Below are positions 17,770 to 26,648 of a stretch of DNA of 64,000 nt, piece after piece. The notes under the pieces are model-generated. The model made no database searches and was not told where the DNA came from. It saw only the letters and a list, made by a program, of their open reading frames with translations. A program made the position numbers and the translations under genes. Numbering within the stretch: the stretch's first letter is position 1; every line of letters begins with the position of its first letter. Source of the DNA: an uncultured Rhodovibrionaceae bacterium (GTDB lineage Bacteria > Pseudomonadota > Alphaproteobacteria > Kiloniellales > DSM-21159); contig CAXBMB010000003.1 in the NCBI GenBank assembly GCA_963976695.1, forward strand, positions 27,415-91,414, written 5' to 3'.

Positions 17770-18783
17770 TCAGTCCTGCTTGCGCCGCCGGCGTCCGCGC
17801 CGTTCGGCGCTGGCCGCCTCTAGGTCCTTGCCTTTGGCGACGTCGCCCAGTTCCGCGACAATGTCTTCCAGGCTGGGCGCCGGGCCTCGGACGTGGGCTT
17901 CCAGGGCTTGGCGCATGGCCTTGATGTGGGCCGGGGTGGTGCCGCAGCAACCGCCGATGATCCGCGCCCCGGCGTCGTGCGCCATCACAGCATAGCGGGC
18001 CATCAACTCGGGCGTGCCGTTGTAAACCACTTCCCCGTCCTTGAACTCGGGAATGCCGCAGTTGGCCTTGGCAATGCGAATGTCCGTATCGCCGCCGGCG
18101 TCGCGCATTTTCGAAATCGCCGCCACCAGTTCGGCAGCGCCAGTGCCGCAGTTGCCGCCGAAGGCGATCGGCAAGGGGGTCGAGTTGTGGGCCAGGTCGA
18201 CCAGATCGGTGGGGCTGATGCCCATCATGGTGCGGCCATTGGTGTCGAAGGACAGCGTGCAAACCACCGGCAGGCCGGCCTTGGTCGCCCCCTCGATGGC
18301 GGCGTTGAGTTCTTCGGGCGAACTCATGGTTTCAATCCAGGCCACGTCGGCGCCGCCATCACGCAGACCGATGCACTGCGCCTCAAAGGCGGCCACCGCG
18401 TCCTCGTAGGTCAGCGGCCCCAGGGGAACCAGCAGATCGCCGGTCGGCCCGACCGATCCGCCGCAGATGATCTCGCGATCTGTTTCGGCGATGACTTCCT
18501 GCAGCAGCTCGGCGGCCACCTTGTTTAGTTCGTAGACCTGATCTTCCGCCTTGTGCAGTCGCAGCCGGTTGGCCGTGCCGCCGAAGGTGTTGGTGAGGAC
18601 AATGTCCGAGCCCGCTTCGGTGAAGCTGCGGTAGTGGGCCTTGATCTTGTCTTGTTCATGAAGATTCCAAAGTTCGGGGGCATCCCCATGTTGCAACCCC
18701 ATGGCAAACATGTTGGTGCCGGTGGCGCCGTCGGCCAGCAGCCAGTCGCGCTTGGAGAGCAGGTCTTGCAACTTATTGGACAC
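17770..18783 (-). CDS. bmt: Single-domain homocysteine S-methyltransferase, probably betaine--homocysteine methyltransferase
   Basis: Pfam S-methyl_trans-like: LLADGATGTNMF, LTNTFGG. Zinc-ligand motifs are intact (GGNCGTG and IIGGCCGTTPAHI). The GTG at 18783 is the preferred start and the ORF extends to 18915. The genomic context is betaine catabolism. Confidence 0.75.
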   Translation of the reverse strand: MSNKLQDLLSKRDWLLADGATGTNMFAMGLQHGDAPELWNLHEQDKIKAHYRSFTEAGSDIVLTNTFGGTANRLRLHKAEDQVYELNKVAAELLQEVIAETDREIICGGSVGPTGDLLVPLGPLTYEDAVAAFEAQCIGLRDGGADVAWIETMSSPEELNAAIEGATKAGLPVVCTLSFDTNGRTMMGISPTDLVDLAHNSTPLPIAFGGNCGTGAAELVAAISKMRDAGGDTDIRIAKANCGIPEFKDGEVVYNGTPELMARYAVMAHDAGARIIGGCCGTTPAHIKAMRQALEAHVRGPAPSLEDIVAELGDVAKGKDLEAASAERRGRRRRKQD

Positions 18784-19038
18784 GGGGCTCTTTACCTTGT
18801 TCTGGAGAAGAGAAGGTGGTTTCCGGTGGGAAAACCTGTGCTGATTCCTGTGCCGATCGTGGCGACGCCCAAAGGTGAAGGCGGCGCGTCGTCCAGCAGC
18901 CAGCCCAACCATCATGCACAGTCGCTGCCCCAGGTCCAGGGCCGATCGACGCCTGTGGCCGGCGTCCTCGGGGGCGGCCGTCCCGCAGCCGCTCGGACCG
19001 CGCTTGGCCGGGGGCTGGCGCGCCCGGCGCGCTCGGCG

Positions 19039-21633
19039 TCAAGCGCGCGGTTTGGCGCGGCGGGTCGGCGACGCGCTCCAGGGGTCGTCGGGCCAGGGGT
19101 GCCGGGGATAGCGGCCCTTGAGATCCTTTTTCACCTCCAGATAGCCGACCTTCCAGAAGTTTTCCAGATCGCGGGTGACCTGAACCGGCCGTCCGGCCGG
19201 CGACAGCAGGTGCAAGGTGACGGGCAGGCGGCCGGCGGCGATGGTCGGGGTTTGGGCCAGGCCAAAAAGCTCCTGCAGCTTGACCGGCAGCGCCGGGGCT
19301 TGGGGGTCGCTGTAGTCCAGCCGGATTCGCGATCCGCTGGGAACGGTGAGGTGGGTCGGCGCCAGCTGCGCCAGCTGCTGCTGTTGCGCCCAACTGAGCT
19401 GCGCCAACAGCGGGTCAAGCAGATCAAGGCGGGTGAGGGCTTCCAGCCGGGTTGCCTTGCCGACAAAGGGAGTCAGCCAGTCTTCCAGGCCGTCCAGCAG
19501 GGCGCTGTCGCTGAAGTCGGGCAAGCGGTCTTCACCGCCCGCCAGCGCCCGCAGGCAGATCACGCGCTGGCAAAGTTGCCGTGATTCCTGTCGCCAGTTC
19601 AGTTTTTGCAGCCCGGTTTCGCGCAGTCCCTGAAGGAGCGCGGCGGTAATTTGCGCCGGGTCGGGGGCCGGCAGCGGCTTGTCGCTGAGAACCAGGGCGC
19701 CAAGTCGGCGCTGCCGGCGGGCAAGGACCGACTGGCTGCGGCCGTCCCATCGAACGGCGTCCCGCCATGCGATCTCATCGGCGAAAAGCTGCTCCAGCGC
19801 CGCCAGGCTGAGCGGCGCGGCCAGATAGATCCGGCTGTCGCGGTTTTGGCCGTCCAACGCCCCCAGCGCCAGGAAATCATCCTGGGCCAGCGCGTCATGC
19901 TCGTCCAGGCGCGCCCCCTGGCCGGAGACCAGACGGAAGAGGCCGGGGCCGCGCCGCTGCGCCACCCGGTCCGGATAGGCCAGCGCCAGCAATTGACCGC
20001 AGGCCCCGACGTCCAGGCGCTGGTTTGAAATTTTCAAGCGCCGGCGCAGCTCCCCGGTGGTTTTCCGGATCCGGGCAAGGGCGGCGCCGTTGACCTGATC
20101 GGGGCCGGCCTCGGCGCCCCGCCGTTGCCGGCCCGGGTCGAGCAACTCCAGCCGCAGCGCCAGATTGGCGGCTCTGGCGATTAAGGGATCCCGCTCCATC
20201 AACAGGGCGGCGATCGCCGCCGCCTCGGCGCCCAGCTTGAGCGCCTGACCCTTGAGCAGCATGTGCGCAAGGCGGGGATGCAGCGGCAATTCAGCCATCC
20301 GCCGGCCCAAGCCGGTGACCCGCAGATCGCCATCCAACGCCTCCAGTCGTTGCAGCAGCGCGCGCGCCTGGGATAGCGCCGCGGCGGGCGGGGGATCGAT
20401 AAAGAGCAGTTCGTCTTCCCTGGCGCCCCACAGCGCAAGGTCGAGCGCGAAAGCGGTGAGGTCGGCGGCCAGAATCTCCGGCTGGGCGAAGGCGGCGAGC
20501 CCGCGTTGCTGCGGTTCGGGCCACAGACGGTAGCAGCTTCCCGGGCCCTGCCGCCCGGCGCGTCCGGCCCGCTGGGTGGCGCCGGCCTGGGACACCTTGG
20601 TGGTGATCAAGCGGCTCATGCCGCTGCCGGGATCAAAGCGCGGCTCGCGCGACAGGCCGCTGTCAATCACCGCGCGCACCCCCTCGATGGTCAGGCTGGT
20701 TTCAGCGATGGCGGTGGCCAGGATGACCTTGCGGCGTCCCTGCGGATCGGGATCAAGGGCGGCCTGCTGACCTTCGGTGCGCAGCGATCCATAGAGCGGC
20801 CGCAGGGCGAGATTTTCCGTCCGGGCCAGGGCGCTCAGGTCGCCGCAAACTTGGCGAATTTCCCGCTCGCCGGGCAGAAACACCAGCACGTCGCCCGGGC
20901 GGTCCGGCGCGCCGTCCTGGCGGCTGTCCCGGGGAATGTCCCGGGGAATGTCCCGGGGCGCGTCGCGGGGCGCGTCTTGCCGGGATGCGTCGTGAAGGGC
21001 GTCTTGCAGCGCGCGCCCGACGGCCCGGCCCAAGGGGAGGTTCTTCGGAGTCGGCCGGTAGTGGATGGCAACCGGATAGCTGCGCCCCTGTGCGCTGATC
21101 AACGGCGCGCCGTCGAGCTTGTCGGCAATGCCCCTGCCGTCCAGGGTGGCGGACATAATCAGCAGCCGCAGGTCTTCGCGCAGCACCGCTTGGAGATCGC
21201 GGCTAAAGGCGAGAGCCAGGTCGCTGTCCAGGTTCCGCTCGTGAAACTCATCAAACAGGATGGCGCCGACCTCGGCCAGTTCCGGATCGCGCTGCAATTG
21301 CCGCAGCAGCGTGCCTTCGGTCATCACCTCGATGCGGGTGGCCGGGCTGACTTCGCTGTCCAGGCGCATGCGATAGCCGACGGTCTGGCCGACCGGTTCG
21401 CCCAGCAGATGGGCCATGCGCGCGGCGGCGGCCCTGGTCGCCAGGCGTCGGGGTTCGAGCATCAGGATTTTGCGCCCGGCAAGCCAGGGCTGGTCGCGCA
21501 GCGCCAGGGGCACCAGCGTGGTTTTGCCGGCCCCGGGCGGCGCCTCCAACACGGCGGCGTTGTGCCGCACCAAGGCCGCCGTCAGGTCTGGCAGCACCTC
21601 GGTCACAGGCAGGAAAGGTAAGGATAAAGACAT
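19039..21633 (-). CDS. hrpB: ATP-dependent RNA helicase HrpB (DEAH box)
   Basis: The start at MSLSLPFLPV gives 864 aa. Motifs: Walker A PPGAGKTT, DEFHER, SATL, TAIAETSLTIEGV, QRAGRAGR, plus an HrpB C-terminal region. The 1026-aa ORF is an upstream extension. Confidence 0.9.
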   Translation of the reverse strand: MSLSLPFLPVTEVLPDLTAALVRHNAAVLEAPPGAGKTTLVPLALRDQPWLAGRKILMLEPRRLATRAAAARMAHLLGEPVGQTVGYRMRLDSEVSPATRIEVMTEGTLLRQLQRDPELAEVGAILFDEFHERNLDSDLALAFSRDLQAVLREDLRLLIMSATLDGRGIADKLDGAPLISAQGRSYPVAIHYRPTPKNLPLGRAVGRALQDALHDASRQDAPRDAPRDIPRDIPRDSRQDGAPDRPGDVLVFLPGEREIRQVCGDLSALARTENLALRPLYGSLRTEGQQAALDPDPQGRRKVILATAIAETSLTIEGVRAVIDSGLSREPRFDPGSGMSRLITTKVSQAGATQRAGRAGRQGPGSCYRLWPEPQQRGLAAFAQPEILAADLTAFALDLALWGAREDELLFIDPPPAAALSQARALLQRLEALDGDLRVTGLGRRMAELPLHPRLAHMLLKGQALKLGAEAAAIAALLMERDPLIARAANLALRLELLDPGRQRRGAEAGPDQVNGAALARIRKTTGELRRRLKISNQRLDVGACGQLLALAYPDRVAQRRGPGLFRLVSGQGARLDEHDALAQDDFLALGALDGQNRDSRIYLAAPLSLAALEQLFADEIAWRDAVRWDGRSQSVLARRQRRLGALVLSDKPLPAPDPAQITAALLQGLRETGLQKLNWRQESRQLCQRVICLRALAGGEDRLPDFSDSALLDGLEDWLTPFVGKATRLEALTRLDLLDPLLAQLSWAQQQQLAQLAPTHLTVPSGSRIRLDYSDPQAPALPVKLQELFGLAQTPTIAAGRLPVTLHLLSPAGRPVQVTRDLENFWKVGYLEVKKDLKGRYPRHPWPDDPWSASPTRRAKPRA
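20926..20985. repeat. 12-bp in-frame tandem repeat (about x5) inside hrpB
   Basis: gtcccggggaat x2, gtcccggggcgc, gtcgcggggcgc, gtcttgccggga. On the minus strand this encodes ...SRQDAPRDAPRDIPRDIPRDS... Confidence 0.9.
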
Positions 21634-22097
21634 GATAGGGGCTGCGGAGCTCGGCATTCTTTGCTGGGATCTGGGAAACTGGAGTCCAGGGGCGCGGCGG
21701 GATCCGCCGGCCAAAGTGAGGGCAGGACGGGAGGTTTGTAAAGCGGCAAGCGGACCGAAGCGCCCAACAGGGTCTTTGCCGCGGGACTTTTGCGGCGGCG
21801 CGGCCGCCAACAACAGCATAATTCTGTGAATTTTGGGTCGTTTATTGACAGGATAATTTTGTATAAACGTTTGTTTTCTATTGATTTTGTTCTTGTTGCT
21901 TCTGCTTGCCAAGGTGCCGGGTCTAAGGTATGGGAGCGGGCGCCGTAAAAGTCGTGCGCCAGGCGGTCCGGCCGGACTGGCGATTGGGCGGGCGGTCGGA
22001 TTTTGTCGCCGCCTTGCCGGTTGCGGCCACGGCGCGCGTGTTGACGGTCTTGTTGCGGCGGCGATCATCTGGTGCTGCGGTGAAGGGAGAAAGAGCG

Positions 22098-22751
22098 ATG
22101 ACCAAGGAAAGACTGCCACTAACCGTCGAGGATCTCCTGGAAAACAACCGCCTGTGGGCCGAGGGGAAAGTTAAGGTTGATCCCGAGTTTTTTCAGCGGC
22201 TTTCCAAGCAGCAGTCTCCGAAATATCTGTGGATCGGCTGTTCCGACAGCCGGGTGCCGGCCAACGATATTGTCGGCATGGACCCGGGCGAGCTGTTTGT
22301 TCACCGCAATGTGGCCAATCTGGTGGTGCCGTCGGACGTCAATTGCCTGTCCGTCCTGCAATACTCGCTGGACGTTCTAAAGGTCGAGAACATCATCGTT
22401 TGCGGCCATTATGGCTGCGGCGGAATTGATGTGGCGATGTCGTGCGAGCAGTTGGGTCTGATCGATCAATGGCTTTGGCCGATCAAGGCGCTTTACGCGC
22501 GCCACCTGGACGAATTGGACGCCTACAGCGACCCGATCAAGAAAGCCAACCGGCTGTGTGAACTCAATGTGATCGAGCAGGTCAATAATCTGATTAAGAC
22601 GACCTTGGTGCAGAATGCCTGGCATCGCGGCCAGAATCTGTCGGTCTACGGCTGGGTCTACGGGTTGGCGGACGGCCTGGTTCGCGACCTGAGCGTCAGT
22701 GCGGTCAATGCCGATCGGATAAAGCCGGCCCTGCGCTGGGATCCGCTGTAG
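22098..22751 (+). CDS. can: Beta-class carbonic anhydrase
   Basis: The ATG at 22098 follows GGGAGAAAGAG. Zinc-site motifs are CSDSRVP and HYGCGG. Confidence 0.88.
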   Translation: MTKERLPLTVEDLLENNRLWAEGKVKVDPEFFQRLSKQQSPKYLWIGCSDSRVPANDIVGMDPGELFVHRNVANLVVPSDVNCLSVLQYSLDVLKVENIIVCGHYGCGGIDVAMSCEQLGLIDQWLWPIKALYARHLDELDAYSDPIKKANRLCELNVIEQVNNLIKTTLVQNAWHRGQNLSVYGWVYGLADGLVRDLSVSAVNADRIKPALRWDPL

Positions 22752-22796
22752 GCAGCTGGACGAAGGCGGGTCGCGCCAACCACGCGATCCGAACCG

Positions 22797-22852
22797 CCCC
22801 GCCTCACTCGCCCCGCCTCACTCGCCCCGCCTCACTCGCCTTGCGTCACTCG
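22797..22852. repeat. 14-bp tandem repeat x4 (CCCCGCCTCACTCG) spanning the 3' end of the TetR gene
   Basis: Three identical units plus ccttgcgtcactcg. The units overlap the TetR stop and its last codons (..RRVTQGE*). Confidence 0.95.
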
Positions 22853-23470
22853 CCTGGCGCTTCGACCCTGTTGTGGCGCCGCCTCGCGTGCTTGCGCGCC
22901 CTGCAAGAACAGCTCGGTGATGTTCGCGGCGAGATCTTCCAGACTGGACTTGTCGGCGCGATACCACTCAATCGAGGAATTCAGCGCCCCCAGCAGGCTA
23001 AGCCGCAGCAGCGACGGGTTGATGCGATGATCCAGCAAGCCGTCGGCCTGCGCCCGGTTGATCAGCCGCGCCCAATAGGTTTCGTAGGCCCGGCGCAGGG
23101 GGAGATGCCGCTGCCTGATTTCGTCGGGGACCTGGGCGAAAATTCGCATGTTGGCCGAGGTGAAGGCGCTTTCCTCGTGCAAGATGACCAGGTGGCCGTG
23201 AATGGCCTGACTGATTTTGTCACGCGAAACGGCGCTGTCGGGCAGCGTTTCCACCGACCGCCTGACCTCGTCGAAGACCCAGGCGATGCCGGTATTGAGC
23301 ACTTCGACAACGATGTCTTCCTTGCTGTTGAAATGGTAGTAGAGCGAGCCCGCCTTCATGCCGGCGGCCTTGGCGATATCGCGCAGCGAGGTGGTGCCAT
23401 ATCCCTGATCGTTGTAGAGCCGGGCGGCGATGCGCAGGATGTGCTCGCGGGTTCGGTCCCCCTTGCTCAT
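22832..23470 (-). CDS. TetR/AcrR-family transcriptional regulator
   Basis: The start at MSKGDRTREHILRIAARLY fits. HTH: TSLRDIAKAAGMKAGSLYYHFNSKEDI. Confidence 0.85.
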   Translation of the reverse strand: MSKGDRTREHILRIAARLYNDQGYGTTSLRDIAKAAGMKAGSLYYHFNSKEDIVVEVLNTGIAWVFDEVRRSVETLPDSAVSRDKISQAIHGHLVILHEESAFTSANMRIFAQVPDEIRQRHLPLRRAYETYWARLINRAQADGLLDHRINPSLLRLSLLGALNSSIEWYRADKSSLEDLAANITELFLQGAQAREAAPQQGRSARRVTQGE

Positions 23471-23992
23471 GGTTTCCAGGTTGACCGCGCGCAGCCGCAG
23501 GCTTTCCCGCGCCGGGGACTGTTGCAGTATCTCGGTTGGACAGCGGCTGGTCACCTGGTCTGGAATCCCTGTTGTCGCTGGCGGCCGTCGCGCCCGCCGG
23601 TAATCCGCCGCAGCTTAATCTAACTGCCGTTAGAAACCAACGTTTCTCCGCCGCGCGACGGGCACAAGCGCGCTTTTTCCCGGCCCCAACCTGCGTCCAG
23701 AGCCGCCGTGGTGGCGGCTGGCCCAAGGCCCGGATTGGCCAAAAGCCGGCGAAACTTATATAGTTGATCTGGTCGGTCTATCTGAGTGGACAGCGGTCCC
23801 GCCGGAATGGGATAAAGTTATATTACGCTAAATTTTTACATAGATTGGCTGACTTGCGGCGCGATAGAGTGCTAGAAGCCCTGGGACGCCCGCGTCGGCC
23901 CGCCTGCTGGTTTTGGCGCGATCTCTTGCACCTGCGCCGTGGCGTCGGTTTTCGGCCGTTGGGTCGGATGTTTCAGTTGTTGTCGAGGAACC

Positions 23993-24322
23993 TTGCCGTT
24001 GCGTACCGCGAAATTTGAAATTGGACAGATCGTCAGGCATTGCGCCTTTCCCTTCCGGGGGGTGATTTTTGACGTCGACCCAATGTTTAATAATACCGAA
24101 GAATGGTGGCAATCCATTCCAGAAGACATGCGCCCGGCCAAGGATCAGCCCTACTATCATCTGCTGGCTGAAAACGACGAGAACTGCTACGTGGCCTATG
24201 TGTCCGAGCAGAATCTGCTGCCTGACGACAGCGGCTCGCCGGTTTCCCATCCGGATATCCAAAATTACTTTAACGGCCTGAAGGAGGGGCGCTATTTGCC
24301 GCGCCCCCGGGCAATCAACTAG
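23993..24322 (+). CDS. hspQ: Heat-shock protein HspQ / hemimethylated-DNA-binding (YccV) domain protein
   Basis: AKFEIGQIVRHCAFPFRGVIFDVDP...YYHLLAEND...YVSEQNL is collinear with E. coli HspQ. The start is uncertain: TTG at 23993 or 23999 after GAGGA. The first ATG at 23939 looks too far upstream. Confidence 0.75.
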   Translation: MPLRTAKFEIGQIVRHCAFPFRGVIFDVDPMFNNTEEWWQSIPEDMRPAKDQPYYHLLAENDENCYVAYVSEQNLLPDDSGSPVSHPDIQNYFNGLKEGRYLPRPRAIN

Positions 24323-24611
24323 CCGCATAACCAATAGTCAGTTAGTCAGTTAATTTTTCGGGCGTTCAGGGTGCCGGCGCGCCGCTGTTCGTTGACGCCA
24401 CCGCAATCAATTAATCCGGGCCGTTTGTTCCGGGCCCGTCGCTGCCAACCCGTTCGCCCAAGCGTGGTGTCGTTCCGCGATGATTTTCGCCACCGCGCGT
24501 CGATCGTCTTGGCCGGCGGCCGGCTTTCGCAGCGCTAACCTCCCATCGCCCAATTCACATCCCTAAATCGATATCCCGAGGGTCGCGTCGTCGACTCTCG
24601 TGACTATCCGC

Positions 24612-24670
24612 GCGTCGCACGCTGGCGTCGCACGCTGGCGTCGCACGGTGGCGTCACACGGTGGCGTTGG
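24612..24670. repeat. 13-bp tandem repeat x4.5 (GCGTCRCACGSTG) upstream of the SahR-like/metF operon
   Basis: gcgtcgcacgctg x2, gcgtcgcacggtg, gcgtcacacggtg, then gcgttgg. Confidence 0.95.
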
Positions 24671-24703
24671 CCCCGCCGTAATTTCTTCTTGCATTATTGT
24701 CAT

Positions 24704-24719
24704 ATAAAGATATCTTTAT
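24704..24719. promoter_or_regulatory. 16-bp perfect AT-rich palindrome; candidate auto-operator of the ArsR-type (SahR-like) regulator
   Basis: ataaagat|atctttat, centred 33 nt upstream of the ATG at 24745. Confidence 0.5.
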
Positions 24720-24744
24720 GTCTGTATTTTGGCGTGAGGGCGCG

Positions 24745-25740
24745 ATGGAACAGCTTTTACAGGGACTAAAGGCCGCCGCCGAGGGCACGCGCTTGCGCAT
24801 CCTTGGCCTCTGCGCCCATGCCGAACTTACGGTGTCCGAGCTGGTTGAAATTCTTGGCCAGAGCCAGCCGCGAGTGTCGCGTCACTTGAAGTTGTTGGTC
24901 GAAGCCGGGTTGTTGGAGCGCCATCAGGAGGGATCCTGGGCCTTCTATCGACAGGCCGCGACCACCGCCTCGGCCGATCTGGCGCAGGTGATCGTGGATC
25001 TCATGCCCGAGGATGACGCCGCCCAGCGTCTGGACCTGAAGCGGTTGGAAAAGGTGAAGGCCTTTTGGGCGGTCAAGGCCGACGCCTACTTTCGGCGCAA
25101 CGCCATCACCTGGGAAAAACTGCGCCAGATGCATGTCGATCAAACCGAGGTGGACCGGGCGTTGCGGCAGGTCTTCACGCAGGAGCCTGTTGGCCGCCTG
25201 TTGGATCTGGGGACCGGCGCGGGCCATGTTCTCACCTTGCTGGGTGAGCAGGTGGAGGAGGGCGTGGGGGTCGACCGCTCGCTGGAAATGCTCAATGTGG
25301 CCCGCTCCAACGTTTTTCGCGCCGGTTTGAGCCATTGCCAGGTGCGCCATGGCGACATGAACCACCTGCCCTATGAAGACGAGACCTTCGACGCGGTCAC
25401 CCTGCACATGGTGCTGCACTTTTCTGAAAATCCAGTGGCCACCCTTGGTGAGATCGCCCGGGTGCTGCGGCCCGGCGGACGGCTGATCGTCGTCGACTTT
25501 GCCGAACACGACCGGCGGGAGCTGCGCGATGAACAGGCCCACCGCTGGCTGGGTTTCGCGGCGTCGCGAATGTCCGAGCTGCTTTCTGAGGCGGGACTGG
25601 CTGCCGCCACGCCCCAGCGCTTGGAGGGCGGCGCGTTGACGGTTTGTCTTTGGGACGTCCGCAAACCCGCCAATGACCCCGCCGCCAAGAGCCACGCCGC
25701 CAAGCGCTCCGCCGCCCATCACCGTCCGGGCTCCGCCTGA
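24745..25740 (+). CDS. sahR: ArsR-type HTH fused to a SAM-methyltransferase-like domain (SahR-like regulator of the methionine/SAM cycle)
   Basis: HTH: LKAAAEGTRLRILGLCAH..LTVSELVEILGQSQPRVSRHLKLL. A class I methyltransferase fold follows (LLDLGTGAGH, RPGGRLIVVDF). It lies directly upstream of metF. Confidence 0.7.
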   Translation: MEQLLQGLKAAAEGTRLRILGLCAHAELTVSELVEILGQSQPRVSRHLKLLVEAGLLERHQEGSWAFYRQAATTASADLAQVIVDLMPEDDAAQRLDLKRLEKVKAFWAVKADAYFRRNAITWEKLRQMHVDQTEVDRALRQVFTQEPVGRLLDLGTGAGHVLTLLGEQVEEGVGVDRSLEMLNVARSNVFRAGLSHCQVRHGDMNHLPYEDETFDAVTLHMVLHFSENPVATLGEIARVLRPGGRLIVVDFAEHDRRELRDEQAHRWLGFAASRMSELLSEAGLAAATPQRLEGGALTVCLWDVRKPANDPAAKSHAAKRSAAHHRPGSA

Positions 25741-25781
25741 CCTGTCGAACTATCCGGCATCGCGCCGAAAAGGACCCTATT

Positions 25782-26648
25782 ATGCGCCAGCAACCGAGCC
25801 TTTCCTTTGAACTCTTCCCGCCGAAATCGCCGGCCGGGGAGCCGGCCTTTGCCCAATGCGTGGAAAAGCTGAAGGCCCTGGCGCCTGAATTTTTCTCCCT
25901 GACCTACGGGGCCGCCGGCAGCGACCAAACCCGCGGGGAAAATTTGGTGGTGGCGCTGTCCGACGCACAGAATCTGCCGGTGGCCGCGCATATCACCGCG
26001 GTCGGCGCCCCCAAGGCAAAGATCAACAACCTGGCGCGCCGCTGGGCCGCATCGGGGGTGCGTCGTCTGGTGGCGCTGCGGGGCGATATGCCCGAGTTGG
26101 GGGCGGCGTTTCAGCCCCATCCCCAGGGCTATGGCGACGCCGCCGATCTGGTGGCGGGGCTTCGCCGAATCGCCGACTTCGACATTTCCGTGGCCGCCTA
26201 TCCCGAAAGCCATCCGGACAGCCCGTCCCAGGCGGCGGACCTGGACAATCTCAAGCGCAAACTGGACGCCGGCGCGTCGCGGGCCATCACCCAGTATTTC
26301 TTCGATGCCGAGCTCTTCTTGCGCTTTCGCGACCGGGCCAAGGCCGCCGGGATCACCCAACCGCTGGTGCCGGGGATTTTGCCGATTCACTCCTTCGCCC
26401 AACTTGAATCCTTCAGCGCGCGCTGCGGCGCCTCGGTTCCGACCTGGCTGAAAAAGCGGTTCTATCAGCTGGATCAGGATCCCGAGCTGCGCGCCTTGGT
26501 GGCGGCCAGCACCGCCGCCGAGCTGTGCCGGCGTCTGGAAACCGAAGGGGTGAAGCATTTTCACTTTTACACGCTTAACCGTCCGGCGTTGACCCTTGCG
26601 GCTTGCCGCACTTTGGGTTTCACGCCTGTCTTGCAGGAGGCCGCGTAA
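25782..26648 (+). CDS. metF: 5,10-methylenetetrahydrofolate reductase
   Basis: MTHFR family: SFELFPPKS, RLVALRGD, FDISVAAYPE, ITQYFFD. 288 aa. Confidence 0.9.
   Translation: MRQQPSLSFELFPPKSPAGEPAFAQCVEKLKALAPEFFSLTYGAAGSDQTRGENLVVALSDAQNLPVAAHITAVGAPKAKINNLARRWAASGVRRLVALRGDMPELGAAFQPHPQGYGDAADLVAGLRRIADFDISVAAYPESHPDSPSQAADLDNLKRKLDAGASRAITQYFFDAELFLRFRDRAKAAGITQPLVPGILPIHSFAQLESFSARCGASVPTWLKKRFYQLDQDPELRALVAASTAAELCRRLETEGVKHFHFYTLNRPALTLAACRTLGFTPVLQEAA

Noticed and set aside
18784-19038. A SAM-II, SAH or cobalamin riboswitch, or a second SahR dyad, upstream of bmt. Likewise upstream of the sahR-like/metF operon.
   Set aside because: I could not find the conserved cores of these riboswitches or a copy of ATAAAGATATCTTTAT. 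An Rfam scan would be needed to be certain.
21850-21880. TTGACA ... TATAAA as a sigma-70 promoter in the AT-rich hrpB/carbonic-anhydrase spacer.
   Set aside because: The spacing between the two hexamers is only about 11 nt, which does not fit a 16-18-nt spacer. A promoter is likely somewhere in this AT-rich stretch, but I cannot place it.
21634-22119. Upstream extension of the hrpB ORF to 1026 aa, and the extended 273-aa carbonic anhydrase ORF from 21930.
   Set aside because: The extensions run through an AT-rich promoter-like spacer and add non-homologous, low-complexity residues. Canonical N-termini (MSLSLPFLPV... and MTKERLPLT... with an RBS) lie downstream.
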